From assembly GCF_024521635.1 (NCBI RefSeq), contig NW_026250409.1:62001-126000 (forward strand): DNA of 64,000 nucleotides, given 5' to 3'. The translations under genes and the position numbers were made by a program. This stretch comes from Tricharina praecox (lineage: Eukaryota). A model generated the notes under the pieces. The model worked only from the letters and a program-made list of their open reading frames with translations. It was not told the DNA's origin and made no database searches. This document shows, piece after piece, positions 47,985 through 60,260 of the stretch (positions are counted from its first letter, which is position 1; every line of letters starts with the position of its first letter).

Positions 47985-50670
47985 GGTTGCCAGTGGCTGC
48001 TTGCTACTGCCCTTTTTTAAATGAAAAAAACCTCTCGTTTCGAACAAGATCGAGAACGGCTATACAACAACGAACTCGCAACAATCACCGCAGCAAGTAG
48101 GAACGCGGTCGCAGCGGTATCGGCGGAACGTATGGCAGCGGCAGCGGCAATGCGGTAGTAGTAGTAGTCGGGCGGGCGAGAGGACGGACGGACGACGACG
48201 GCGGCGCAGAGAGCAACCGCGTGTGCCAACTACAGCGACGAGCGCGCGATATCACAAAGCAGCAGCAGCGGTAGAAATAGCAGCAACAGAAAAAATTCGA
48301 ATGGAGCAGCAACGGCAGCAATTCCTGCTTGGAAAGACCACCGGGGAGAGAGAGAGAGACAGCTGACTAGCCTGCTAGTTTTTGGGCGGGTGTGTCGGTC
48401 GTCTCGTCTGGCGGGATAGCTGGTGGCGGACGAAAGGGGCGGTGAAGGCGGAGAGTTGGAGGGAGGGAGGGGCGATGATGTAACTTTTTTTTTCTTCTAT
48501 GTATGTGTGGATAAAGATAGTGGGTTTTGGAGATGGTCTATGGGAGTGGGTTTTTGGGTGGGAGGGGTGTGTGTGTGTGTGATTGTCGATATCTCGACGG
48601 CGGCGCGGGCGTGTTCGCTGGGTGCGGGATATGATCGTCTTTTCGTTTCGAGCTGGGAGGGGAGGAGAGGTGAGGAGGAGTCGGGAGGAAGAGTGATGGG
48701 AGGGAATGAACGGAATGTGTGGGAGTCGGGAGAAAGATGACGATACGAAGGAACGAGGGGACGGATACGGATTGGGGGGGGGGGAGGAAAGCAGAGTAGG
48801 GAAGAGGTGGGAAGAGGAAGAAGAGGCAGGGGACGGGGCGCGGATGGAGGTGAGGAAGTAAAAGTAAGAGAGTGTTGAGGTGTGAGTGTATCGTTAGCAG
48901 AAAAGGCTGCTCGACTGCATGTTCGTGGGGAGTGTCTACGGACGAGGGCCAGTCTGGCTGCTGAAGGTGGCCTTTTCCGTCTCGTCTCGTCTCTCTCTGT
49001 CTGTCTCTCTCTGTGTGTATTTCTGTGGCTCTGTGTCTCTTTCGCACGGCCAGCCTTATCCCCTTCTTGCTGCTATCTCCCCTTCTCGGTCTCTACGATG
49101 GATGGTGTTTGGTCGCGTCGTAGAGTACTGCGGTAGCAACAGAGCAGTGGTTAGCACTCCGGCAACTACAGGGGAGCCAGCAGCAGAGCAGGGTGGGTGT
49201 GCCACCTGCAGGCCGTTCGGGAGATCCCAGGAAAAGTGCGAACATGGCTGGTTGGATCGCTCGGAGGCCAATCCTGGAGTCACTCGAGAGTCGAAAGCAA
49301 CTCACCACCATCCCGTGAACTTCGATGCGACGGCCGTCTGTGTCTGTGTCTGCCGGCCTGACGGTGTGTCCCGTTATCACAGCGGCGGCCACCAGGTCGG
49401 TTTCTCCAGCCTGAAGAGTGGTGCGGCGGCGGAGTCTCGTCGAGATCAAGGCCACATTCCACCGGATGATCTTCGTGATGACATCGATGAAGACGCCGTG
49501 AAGATCTTCGACTGTCACCAGGCACTTCCCGTGAGAGAGAGGAGAAACGGCCACATTCTTCAGGAATCATCTCCATCCGCAATCGAATCTCCATCAAGTG
49601 CCTTACCTTTATTCGCTCTCTCTTCCCCTTCCCTCACGTTTCCCTCCCACGGTTTCCTTCATCTCCATGCAACTGAGATCGCCGAGCCACTTCCAGCTAG
49701 AGTAGACACTCAGCGGACATGCACCACATCTCACACCCACATCCACATCCACATCGCCATGTCCCCTGCCGAGGAAGGGAAACCCCTTGTCCCTCACCAC
49801 CCAGAGTGCAGTGCACGGAAACTTCTCTTCTCTCCACCACGGATCCGAACGGGATCGGAGTACGGTAACTACTATCTACGGAAGCCATTCTTTGTTGAAT
49901 TTTCCCTTCTCCTCCGAGCCAGCGGGAAGCGAAGAAAAAAAAGTGAAAACGAAAGGAAAGGGAAACGAAAAAGGAGTGTGGAAGTAAGAAAGAAGGAAAA
50001 ATGAAGTATTCATCCGGCTACCGTGGTGAGCACAACACATACTCCTACACGAACCAGGAGATATCGCGAATGCGGATCGTTGGAGATTCTTCTGCAGTTG
50101 GCCATGGGGCATGGGAAGCCGCGCCTGGGAGGGTTCCGGAATTCGAACCAATCTCGATTCTCACCCACGGTGATGGTACATATCACACATAGGCATCATA
50201 CATAAAATAGAGCACTTGAGCAATTAGGTAGGATGAACTGGGCTCCGAAGGCTTCACGGCATAGGCATGGCGAATAACGAATTCCTGTGATTGATTCGAT
50301 GCATTCGAATCACCACCATCACCTCCGCCGCCACCACTACCACCAGCATCGACTGATTCACTGGCCAGTGCTTCCTTCCTCGACTCATCCATCATACTTG
50401 TTAACAAGTACTCTATCATACTAGCCTCATTTTAGCCGCACAACCAACCAACTGAGTGACTGACCTCCGATCCCTTACTTCCGACGCCCGACGCGCATCG
50501 TTTTTTTCCCACGTACTCCGGCCCCAGGGAAGGTGCCGTCCTAAAGTACCAGCCAGCCAAGACCATGCAGGCACCGTGAGGCAACGTGTCTGTCGCCGTA
50601 GCAACCGTGTTTCCATCGCCATCGTTCGTATCGTTCAAAAGCACCTCCGTCCGTACCACTCTCCACTACT

Positions 50671-50760
50671 ACACAACACCATAACACCACACACAACACC
50701 ATAACACCACACACAACACCATAACACCACACACAACACCATAACACCACACACAACACC
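50671..50760. repeat. 20-bp minisatellite (acacaacaccataacaccac) x 4.5 in the Spo12 leader
   Basis: Directly visible, perfect copies. Confidence 0.92.
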
Positions 50761-50823
50761 ACCACCACCGCCTCCTCCACACACCCACGAACACACCCCC
50801 CCGCACACACAAACACGAAGAAA

Positions 50824-51362
50824 ATGTCCGCCCCATCACCCGCCGCCTCCCCACCCGCCGCCCCCGCCTCAACCGCCGCCGGAATCACGGACGGCCTCTC
50901 GACACTGGAGAAGCAGCGCCAGCTGCTCGCCGCAAAGCTGGCATCGCAGCAGCCCGCTGAGTCATCCACCAGTCCTACCGACCAGATGATGACGCCCGTG
51001 AGCAAGAAGCTGGCTGATCACAAGAAGAAGGCGTATACGAAGTACCCCTCCCCCCTCCCAACGGGCAATAGACAGAGAGACAGACAGAGAGACAGACAGT
51101 TTTACTGACAGCAACTAGAGCGAAACCCGGATCGCTGGCTGGGCGTTTACGCTCCCTCGGCGGCGGCGGGGGTGGCGGCATGGGCGGCGGCATGGGCGGC
51201 GGCATGCAGTCGCTAAAGAAGCCGTCGCCGTCACCGCCGAATGCGGGGCTGCAGGAGGATCCGTTCGCTGCTCCCACTCCCGCTCCTGCCTCCTCCTCGT
51301 CATCGTTCTCCTCGTCGTTGTCGTCGTCAGCGTCGACGTCGTCTTCGAGCGGAACGCAGTAG
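50824..51362 (+). CDS. SPO12: Spo12-family cell-cycle protein; intron 51042-51118
   Basis: SPTDQMMTPVSKKL..HK.K...KAKP resembles the Spo12 SP(T/S)D..M(S/T)PC(S/T).KL motif. Confidence 0.75.
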
Positions 51363-52000
51363 TTGCTCCATGCTGCTTGCGGATATCTGCGATATCAACC
51401 AGACGGCAGAAACGAAGCACGGTAGCCACTATGACAATTCGCATACAACTGTTGGTCTTCTGCGCAGCTGGCTGGTCTACTGGTCTATTCTTTATTTGAT
51501 CTTTTGCTCTCGGAGTTTTCGTTTCTTTTGAGTTTTCTTTTTCGCTTTCTTTGCGTGTATATTATCTAGGGACGGATGGGTTGGGATGGGCTGGGCTGGG
51601 CTGGCTGGTTGGGATGGGTTGGGTTGGGTAATGGTGTTCGTATACTCGGTTCGGGTTTGGGTTTGCTTGCTGTCTGTCAGTCACTCTGTCTCTGTCCGTC
51701 TCTCTAAAGATTGTCATGTTTCGTTTTTCCCACTGTTAATGACCATCATGGAATTGCTTGCGTGCGCACGGATATCACAGAACCGCGGAATCGACCGAAC
51801 AAGGAAACAACGAGTGATACGAATCGTGTCCATTGTGTATTCTCTCCGCTTGGTGTTGAACAAACGTCTAGGCCTTGCCGTCTTTTACCACCCTTTTCCT
51901 TTACCGTACAAACAACCCATTTTTGAAACCCCGCAACCAACCAAACATATCAAGACAAAGAACCGCCCTCCACCTCAACTCACACGTCATAACACACCGT

Positions 52001-53002
52001 CTACCAACCCCGCCCGGACATCTTCTCAGACGCCGGCATCTTCTCAACATTCAGCCCGACCATGGCCTCGCCAAGGTCAGTACTGATCTCGGCCAGGACC
52101 TTTGCGTCATTATAGTGGGTGACAGCCTGAACAATAGCCCTAGCACGCTTCGCAGGGTCGCCGGACTTAAAGATGCCGGAGCCAACAAAGACACCATCGC
52201 AGCCCAGCTGCATCATGAGCGCGGCATCAGCGGGGGTGGCCACGCCTCCCGCCGCAAAGTTAACCACGGGCAGCCGTCCCAGCCTCGCCGTCTCTTTCAA
52301 CAGCTCGAACGGGGCACCGATCTCCTTGGCCATGACGTAGAGCTCCTCATCGCTCATAGCACCTGCCTTCCTGATCTCGGCAGTGACCGTGCGCATGTGC
52401 TTTACCGCTTCAACAACATCCCCCGTCCCGGCCTCCCCTTTGGTACGGATCATCGCGGCGCCCTCACTAATCCTCCTGAGCGCCTCACCGAGGTTCCGGC
52501 AGCCGCACACGAACGGCGCCTTGAACCCGTGCTTGACAACGTGGTGCGTGTTGTCCGCCGGCGTGAGAACTTCCGACTCGTCGATGAAGTCCACACCGAG
52601 CGCCTCCAGGATCTGGCACTCCACGAAATGTCCGATACGCGCCTTCGCCATCACAGGGATTGTTACCGCTGCCATGATCGACTTGATCATTGCTGGGTCT
52701 GACATCCGCGAGACACCGCCCTCCGCCCGGATGTCCGCCGGCACCCGCTCCAACGCCATTACGGCGGAGGCGCCGGCTTCTTCGGCGATGCGGGCCTGAG
52801 GGGAGTTAGCACTGTTTCTATGGACTCCCAGAACGAACTCTGAACTACAGCATCCAGTGGGGAAGACGGGGCAAAATACCTGTTCGGCGTTCACGACATC
52901 CATAATCACGCCGCCCTTGAGCATACGTGCCAGGCCAGTCTTGACGGCGAAGAGGTCGGAGCGCTGCTCGCTGGTGCCGTTGACGGGGAGTTCGGAGGAC
53001 AT
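52001..53002 (-). CDS. PDX1: Pyridoxal 5'-phosphate synthase subunit PDX1/SNZ; intron 52796-52879
   Basis: [62 protein letters not shown]-terminus. Confidence 0.97.
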   Translation of the reverse strand: MSSELPVNGTSEQRSDLFAVKTGLARMLKGGVIMDVVNAEQVFCPVFPTGCCSSEFVLGVHRNSANSPQARIAEEAGASAVMALERVPADIRAEGGVSRMSDPAMIKSIMAAVTIPVMAKARIGHFVECQILEALGVDFIDESEVLTPADNTHHVVKHGFKAPFVCGCRNLGEALRRISEGAAMIRTKGEAGTGDVVEAVKHMRTVTAEIRKAGAMSDEELYVMAKEIGAPFELLKETARLGRLPVVNFAAGGVATPADAALMMQLGCDGVFVGSGIFKSGDPAKRARAIVQAVTHYNDAKVLAEISTDLGEAMVGLNVEKMPASEKMSGRGW

Positions 53003-53833
53003 CTTGGTAATTAACTTTCTGTATGTTCGTCGGTTCGTGTGGTGGTTGTGGTTGTGGTTGTGGATAAAAAGTCGACTTGGTGGTAGTAGTGGTGGTGGTG
53101 GTGGTGGTGGGGGTAGTGGTAGTGGGGCAGCAGCGGGAGTATGTAGAGTAAGTAAGATGTAAGTAGGTTTTTGACTTAAGTCTATCTACACACATATATG
53201 ACGGACCGATGACTCCCACTCCGTTGCCCCTCCCACTCGCCCCCTCCCTCCCTATCCCCGCGCCACAGGCCACAGAGAGAGAATTTCGCGCCCCCGCAGT
53301 CCGTAATCCGCCGGTGGAAACCGAGATGACATTTGTTTCCGTTTTCCCACTGGGAAACTCCGAGGTGCGTGGGGTAACTAAGGGTAGGTAGGGTGGACCA
53401 CGGGCACGTTACAGAGAGGCTGGCCGAGGAGGAGCATGAGGTGCACGAGGAAGGAGGGAGAACGCCGTGAAGAAAGAAAAATCTGCATGTATGCACGCAG
53501 CCCATCCTGCCATCACATCCATCCAGCCATCCACATGGTCTCATCATCTGCATGCTTCTACTTGCTTAGCTACCCCACCATGAAGAAGAAGAGGAAGAAT
53601 CGCACTCCCGTAGATATAATAAGCAGAGCCCAGACAGAAGTCAGGGCCTAGATGAAATACCTTGAGATTTCTTACAGAGAAACAGGAAAAAGAAAAAAAC
53701 CATGGAAAAGGGAAGAATTCCAAACCCCGTTGACGCCGTGCACCATGCAACCCACAAACCCACCCACCAGCCAAAAAAAATCAAAAAAAAAATCTTATAC
53801 ACATGTAGAACAAATAGAGCAAAGTCAATCGCC

Positions 53834-55002
53834 TCACCACTCTTTTAGCCTCCCCGCACCTCTCCCACCGACGGCGGCACCCCCGCGTTTCGCCGCGATT
53901 CCCAATCCCGCCACCGCCCTCTTTGGCAGACAGACGACCGTCCAAGCCAGCTCGAAGGGGACGAGCAGCATGCCGAGCAGCCACTCGGTCAACAGTGTGG
54001 CGAGTGTAGTTCCCGCGCTCCGCTGCTCCCTCTGCTGCCGAGCACTCGCCGCCGCCGCCAGCGTGATCACGTCGTCCAGCCGACAATTGATATCCTTGAT
54101 CCGCGCCTCCGTCTGCGCGCTGTGCAGGGCCTCTTTCTTCTCGTATCTCCGCACGGCACCTACACGCACGATCCATCAGCACTCATCCCGCAGCACCACC
54201 ACCCCCACTAGCAGAATGCAGACTCACGATTCAGCGCATCCATCTCGGGATCCCTCTCTCCCGTGCTCCTCGCCAACGCCCTCAACTCCTTGACCACGCC
54301 CCCCATCTCCTCAATGCGCCTCTCGAGCTCGGCAACCCTTCCCAGCGGCGGCGGCGCCGCCGCGACAGTGCGATGCAGGAACAACACGCGCCCACGCATC
54401 AACCTGACGACCTGTGCGACCGGCCGGAGCTCCGCGGCGAGCACGAACACCGCCAGGTTGAAGTTACTCACCAGGCCCTCGCTGGGGCGCGAGAGCTGCG
54501 CGCGCATAGCGTGCAGGAGCGCGCCGCCCAGGATCGGGCCGAGGAAGCAGCATGCCAGCGCGGCGAGCTCGTAGCGGCGCATTTCCCGCGTGGCGGCGGC
54601 GCGCGCGGGGTCGACGGGGCAAGGTGCGTCCCCCGGGATCGCGGAGGGGAGTTGTGAAGAGTAGTACCACTCCCAGGGGAATTTTATTAGCCAGTGGAGG
54701 AAGATCGAGAGCAGCAGCAAAAGCATCACGTCGGCGACGAAGGCGCTGCCGTCGTCCCAGAGGAGCCCGCCGAAGCAGGGGAGCACTGCGAAGGCGAGTG
54801 GTAGAGAGTTCCATGTGCTGCTGGTGGGCGCGGGGAGGATGTAGTCCGAGGATGAGGACGTGGATGCAAGAGAGGTGCTGCTGCTGCTGCTGCTGGCACT
54901 GGGCTTCGGTACGGTAGTGGTGCTTGTGTGGCTGGATCGTCGGCGTTGCGGAGGCGTACTAGTGGTGCCAGCGGTGGTTGTAGTTGATGTTGATGATGCC
55001 AT
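53834..55002 (-). CDS. Conserved-looking fungal membrane protein of unknown function; intron 54160-54227
   Basis: W.S.PLAFA.LP..GGL......D..LL.L...FL.W....PWEWY, LSRPSEGLVSNFNL.VFVLAAELRP, coiled coil DALNRAVRRYEK. Confidence 0.8.
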
Positions 55003-55746
55003 TTTTCTCTCTCTTGAACACTGAACACTCGCTCGGAAATGCAGAAGACGGGGAAGGGAGAAGAAGTGTGAGAAGAGAGCAGACTGAGCTGAGATCTCTC
55101 TCGCCAGCCGACGGGCCAGTAAAGAAGCACCGAGTGTAACCACCCACTAGTAGATCTCGCGTAAACTGTGGGGAGAGCTGCGTAGAGTAGGGAGGCCGGG
55201 GTGTGGGGGGGGGAAAGGGTGGGCGTGATTAATTCCAAAATCCGGGGTAAATCCAACGACAGTGAGTAAACTGTCTGGAGAAGGAAGGAAAGCACACGAG
55301 AAATAAAGGGAGGGAGGGAGGAAGTCGAAGGGAAGTACGAGGGACGGGACTGGACTGATTCAGATGTCGTCAGCCGCTGCCGCCGAGACGGTCGGTGGTC
55401 GGAGGAGCCGACTGCGTGGTGGTGGTGACAGCACACAGCATCATCACCACCGAGCACCGAGCTATGTGCACTAGGGATGTGCTTCACATCATTCCCCGTC
55501 CCATACAGCTGCCGCCGCCGAGTGAGTTGGGTACACTCCAGATCCGCACCCTCTCCCTCTCCCCCGGCAAAACCGCGTCGGCCAGCCCAAACAGCCGGCC
55601 ATGCACCAGGCATCACTCTGTGCGGTTAGCGCCGAGAAACGGCTACCCAATGACATCACATCTCGCCCGTCCCGTCGGACGCCGGAAGTGATCTACAGCG
55701 ATATTCGCAAATCTTCACAACGGACAAACACACAGATACCGGCACG

Positions 55747-57120
55747 ATGAGTACTCCGCGACTACTCCTACGGTCGCTCCTGCGGCCACGCACACCCGCA
55801 TGCCTTGCTTCGCCGGCTGCATTCCGCTTCTCGTCCGCGAACACCAATAGCAACAATAACACCAATAACACCACCCCTACCACCGCCGCAAAGATCCCAC
55901 CAGCACCAGCACCACCGGCGCAACCCGCCGACCTTGAGCAATTCGAGAAAAAGCGGGCCGCGCGCTCCACAACGACGAAGTCGTCACTCCGTCGAGCAGC
56001 GGTAGTTTCCGAGCGGCGACGAGCGACGCCGCCATCGACGCTGGGGCAGAAGCCGAAGGTGTGCACTGCATACTGCACGGCAGAGAAGTACCACATCCAC
56101 CGGGCGGCGGTGCTGCTGCGCGGCGCGGGGTACACGATCGATCCGTGCAACACGGGGCTGGCCGATCAGGTTATACATCTGCGGCTGGATGGCGAGGGCG
56201 AGGGCGACGGCGTGGGCGGGGAAAAGGGAGGGGACAAGGGCGATATATTCATCTTCCCAAGCGGGAATATTGTCGGCTGGAGCGTGCACTCGGCCACTGT
56301 CGAGAAGCTGGCACGGCTCGTTACGGACGCCGCGGAGCTGCCCGTCACCAGGGATGTCGAGACCGAGGACCTGGAGTATGCGGACGACGCCCGCGTGCGG
56401 AAGTCGCGGGTGGCAGGCGACGTGATCGTGCTCGGCACGGCGCCATCGTTTAACAACCACGTGATGTCGGAAGACTCCGCGATGGAGGAGGACTCCGCCA
56501 GGACTACGGAGGACGACGAACTGAACCTGACGCTGGCCAAGATCGCGTTCTCGTCGGGCCTGGCGCGGTCCACGAAGCTGGCGGTGCTCGAGAGCCTGCT
56601 GGACCGCTATCTGCAGACTACGGCAACGATTCCCACGCAGCTGTCGAGCAGCGGGAGCTGGCAGTGGAAGCGTGGGTTCACCCGTTCGTTCGTGCTACGG
56701 AAGACCGGCGAGCTGCTGCAGTTCCGCGCTCAGCTGAATCTCTACTCGGAGCTTACCGACTCCCTGCCGGACCTGTTTTGGGACTCGAGACATGAGCTGG
56801 GCCTGGAGGGGTACTACGAGGCTGTGGGTAGGGCGCTCGATGTCGATGTCAGGATTAGGCAGTTGAACGAGAAGCTGGATTATGCTTCTGGCATCGTCCA
56901 GGTGCTCAGGGAACAGCTGAGCGAGAAGCATTCGCTCGGATTGGAGTGGATGATCATCGCCCTGATTGCGGTAGAGGTTGGGTTCGAGCTCGTCAGGATT
57001 TATGCGGATAGAACGAAGGAGGGGAGCGAAGCCGTGGCGTATAAGAGGTGGAAGGAGGACAGGGCGAGGGAGCAGGACAAGGAGTGGCAGGAATGGAAGA
57101 AGAGGAATAGGGAGGAGTGA
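55747..57120 (+). CDS. DUF155 (RMD1/RMND1/MRX10-like) probable mitochondrial protein
   Basis: AYCTAE.Y, FIFPSG..V.W, KIAFSSGLARSTKL..LE, PDLFWD, RI..LNEKLDY, LEWMII.LI.VE. Confidence 0.9.
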   Translation: MSTPRLLLRSLLRPRTPACLASPAAFRFSSANTNSNNNTNNTTPTTAAKIPPAPAPPAQPADLEQFEKKRAARSTTTKSSLRRAAVVSERRRATPPSTLGQKPKVCTAYCTAEKYHIHRAAVLLRGAGYTIDPCNTGLADQVIHLRLDGEGEGDGVGGEKGGDKGDIFIFPSGNIVGWSVHSATVEKLARLVTDAAELPVTRDVETEDLEYADDARVRKSRVAGDVIVLGTAPSFNNHVMSEDSAMEEDSARTTEDDELNLTLAKIAFSSGLARSTKLAVLESLLDRYLQTTATIPTQLSSSGSWQWKRGFTRSFVLRKTGELLQFRAQLNLYSELTDSLPDLFWDSRHELGLEGYYEAVGRALDVDVRIRQLNEKLDYASGIVQVLREQLSEKHSLGLEWMIIALIAVEVGFELVRIYADRTKEGSEAVAYKRWKEDRAREQDKEWQEWKKRNREE

Positions 57121-57368
57121 TTGGTTCACATATACTTCTGCGTAAAAGGCCTGGGTTTTCATAGGATTGTGCACTATATCTGTATCCGCATTGTATTTGT
57201 AGACTGGGGGTGCCAACAACTTCACAACCGCTCATCCTGTACCAATGGAGAATGCGAAGGAATCATGAAAAAACAAATTAAACGACCATCAATGGTAACG
57301 AAACGAAACGCCAGATACACCAACTCCCAAATAGCCTCCGCATCTCCTCACACGATCACATCTAGCGC

Positions 57369-58722
57369 CTAGTCCTCTTCCTCATCCTCGATAGCTCCGC
57401 GCTGCTCATCCCAGACGACGATGTACTCATCCATCATGCTACAACCAAACGTCAGCCATGCGCCAGGGTGAACCGGTATGGAACAACCTACTTCAAGAAC
57501 TCCTCCCTATACCTCTCCGGCTCTGTCGTAACCGTCTGTTCCGGCAGGAGCTTTCCAGCAGTTTGCATAACCCTTGGCTGGAGCTGCTCGACATTCCAGA
57601 GGAAATCCAACAGACACATTTTATACACCCACTTCCCATCGGCACTCCTCACGCCCTGGATAAAATCCCTACTTCCCTCCACCGGCAGCACCATGGGATC
57701 CCGCACGCCATCGTCCCTCGGGGGGTGGAACATGTCGATGGGGTATCTCCCCAGGAGGAGCGAGTAATCGATGGTCTGCATATCCCTCAGGAATCCCGTA
57801 TCTCTCTCTAGCAGCTGCATGAGGACGAGCTTATCCATTCTCGTGAGCACGATATCCTCGTCGAGTTCATCCGCGAGCCCACTCTTTGCAGCCTCGGTCT
57901 TGACCGAGTCCGGCACCAGGTCTCGCGTCGGCTCAAAGAAGTTCTGCGGCTTCAAGTCCCACTTGCGGCATCCCTTCTCCTTGTCAAGCCCCTCGAGAAC
58001 GTTCGTCATCACCATGTAGTGCGCCGGCGAAACGCCCAGCCACCCGCCCAGCCGGTGGTCGAACGTGTACAGCACGTCCGTCATGCGCGACAACAGGGTG
58101 TCCGCCGAGTTCTGGGAGACGTAGAACGTGTACCCGTCGAGCATCTTATCGTAGAGGAACGCATACTCAAATTTTCTTCCGACGCTTTTGATGAGCAGCG
58201 ACTTATCGTGGGTGTAGAAGAACAGCGAGCCGGAGAAGCCGAGGCCATCGACGGGCCTTAGCGGCTGCACGAACTGCTGCTGGTAGTGTTCCTCGTCGAG
58301 GAAGAAGACGTCTTTGCGGAGCTTCCGGAACAGCAGCGGCGCCGCGCGCTGGAAGTGCGCATAGTACAGCGAGAAGAAGGTGTCTGCGTTGAATGTGCGC
58401 TTCATCGACGGCGCCCTCCACAGCTCTGGGTGCGACTGGATCAGCTGGCTGTCCTCGTCGTCTTCCTCGTCCGCGGGGACGACGCGCGTGGTGAGCGCCC
58501 TCAACAGACACCGCATCGTCACGTCCGTCTTGTATTTGGTCGAAACGAAGGGGAGCACCAGCCGTGCGGCGAATCTATGCTTCGTCGGAACGTGCTCCCA
58601 GTCGTATTTCTGTGGGCTTTGGGGGACTATCAGACACTGCTACCTATTCATACCGCAGAGAAGAATATGGATGCATACCGCTCCACCTCGTTGGATGCGT
58701 TGGGGTTGTCGTGGTTCACCAT
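57369..58722 (-). CDS. Atypical stand-alone phosphatidylinositol-phosphate kinase (PIP5K-core) protein; introns ~57439-57492 and ~58617-58678 (first exon less certain)
   Basis: APLLFR.LR, G.SGSLFFYT.D...LIKS, M.N, DLKP, DT.FL.....IDYSLLLG, LLDFL, P..YR..F. Confidence 0.82.
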
Positions 58723-59189
58723 GGCTGTGTTATGTTCTGTTGTGTTTCGATCTGGTATGTTCTGTTGTATTTCGATTTGGTATGAAGTATGTTCTGTTCG
58801 AACGAATGGGAAATGCAGGTATAAGGAAAGAAGAACGTAAAATGGAAGGGGACCGGTATTATATCGTGGCCTTCGAGCCTTGGTCGAGCTGTTCTTCTAT
58901 TCGCGAGCGATGATGTCATACCTTGTAGCTTGGTGCTATGTGTATCACATGCTCACTATCGCGTTCACCACACCATGATCTTCAGGCACAATTTCAAGTT
59001 GAAAAAGACAATTTCATTATCAATCCTACTCCGTAACCAAACAAAAAACCAAACCAAGCACTTGAATCCACGCATTCAAATCAAGCAAACCATGACCGTA
59101 ACCAGATGCCACACCCAATAAACAGAAGCAAAGCAAAGACAAAAAACGAGAGTACAAATCCCACGTAGGGAGAGCTTATATATATCCCC

Positions 59190-59927
59190 CTATGCGATCT
59201 GAATCTTCCTCGCACCACCAAACACCCTCTTGGGCACCACAATCTGGAGCAATCCCGCCTCCAGCTTCGCAGTAACCTTCTCCAGATCCACCGGTGTCGG
59301 GAAGTTGAACGTCCTCTGGAAGTTTCCAAAAGTGCGTTCGGTGACCCAGGTCTTGGTTTCGGGACCGGCGGGCTTTGTGGTAGTACCCTCCGATTTCGCC
59401 ACCTGCTGCTGCTCGGAGGACTTCTTGTTGCTGGTGTGGGATACAATCGAGAAGTCGTCCTCGTCGTCGGTGTCTTCGACAGTGGGCTGTAGGCTCCGTC
59501 GCCTCTCCATGGTCGTCGACTCTTCGCCGCCCTTCTTGTTCTCCTCGTGCTTCTCCTCCACAGGTTGTCGGATTCTCGAGACACGTCCGCTGATGCTCAG
59601 CGTCCTCTCGTCCGAGAACTCGATTCCGATCGATGTCTTGTCGCTCACGCCGGGGAGGTCGCCGTCGAGGTGGTATGCATCGGCGGTTTCGTAGACGTCG
59701 AACCGCGGGGTGAAGGCGCGGTTCGAGCGGTTGTGTTGGCGTGGCGTCGGGGTGGGGCGGGGTGCGGAACTGTGAGTGGTGCTCGTGGGCTTGTGTTGAG
59801 ACGACTGGGAATCTTCATGGCCGCTGAGCTGCGAGAGGATCGCTTCGAGGTAGGGATCCATGCGCTGTTGCCGCTGCTGCTGCTGGTGGTGCTGCTGGGT
59901 AGGGACGGGGCAGGCGAAGATAGGCAT
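59190..59927 (-). CDS. Small heat-shock protein (HSP20/HSP30 family)
   Basis: F.PRFDV.ET...Y.L.GDLPG, TL.ISG, WVTERTFGNFQRTF.FP..VD...V.A.L..GLL.I.VPK. Confidence 0.95.
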   Translation of the reverse strand: MPIFACPVPTQQHHQQQQRQQRMDPYLEAILSQLSGHEDSQSSQHKPTSTTHSSAPRPTPTPRQHNRSNRAFTPRFDVYETADAYHLDGDLPGVSDKTSIGIEFSDERTLSISGRVSRIRQPVEEKHEENKKGGEESTTMERRRSLQPTVEDTDDEDDFSIVSHTSNKKSSEQQQVAKSEGTTTKPAGPETKTWVTERTFGNFQRTFNFPTPVDLEKVTAKLEAGLLQIVVPKRVFGGARKIQIA

Positions 59928-60179
59928 TTCGGTTTGTTGTTTGTGTTGTTTGTGTTGTTGGTATTTGTATTGGTTCGAGTTGGTGATCGGAATAATGTCG
60001 CGATTGTATTTCTTGAGTGTTATGTCGAGCTCGGATGATGATGCTTTCTGAATGATGATGATTTTCTCTACTCTCAGGTTTAAAGGCAGTTCTTATACGG
60101 CACCCATCCACGTGCCCTTCCCATAACTATCATCGCTAATCGTAATCTTTCGCCATCGTGGAGGTGACACGAATTATGG

Positions 60180-60260
60180 AGAAGCCTCGAGAACACTCCA
60201 GCGGCGTGTGGTGATTCGGATGACGTATCAGGGATGTTCCCGAATATCGTGGAAGCTTCT
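60180..60260. promoter_or_regulatory. Heat-shock elements upstream of the HSP20 gene
   Basis: gTTCc cGAAt atcgt gGAAg cTTCt (60236-60260) and aGAAg cCTCg aGAAc aCTCc (60180-60199): alternating nGAAn units. Confidence 0.75.

Noticed and set aside
48919..50004. 361-aa ORF between INO80 and SPO12
   Set aside because: Runs through low-complexity promoter-like sequence, no recognisable domain; cannot be supported without expression data
9454..57120. Apparent cluster of mitochondrial genes (EF-Tu, IBA57, IF3, DUF155) and two SNF2 ATPases
   Set aside because: Interspersed with unrelated genes over ~48 kb; no shared regulatory signal seen; compatible with chance
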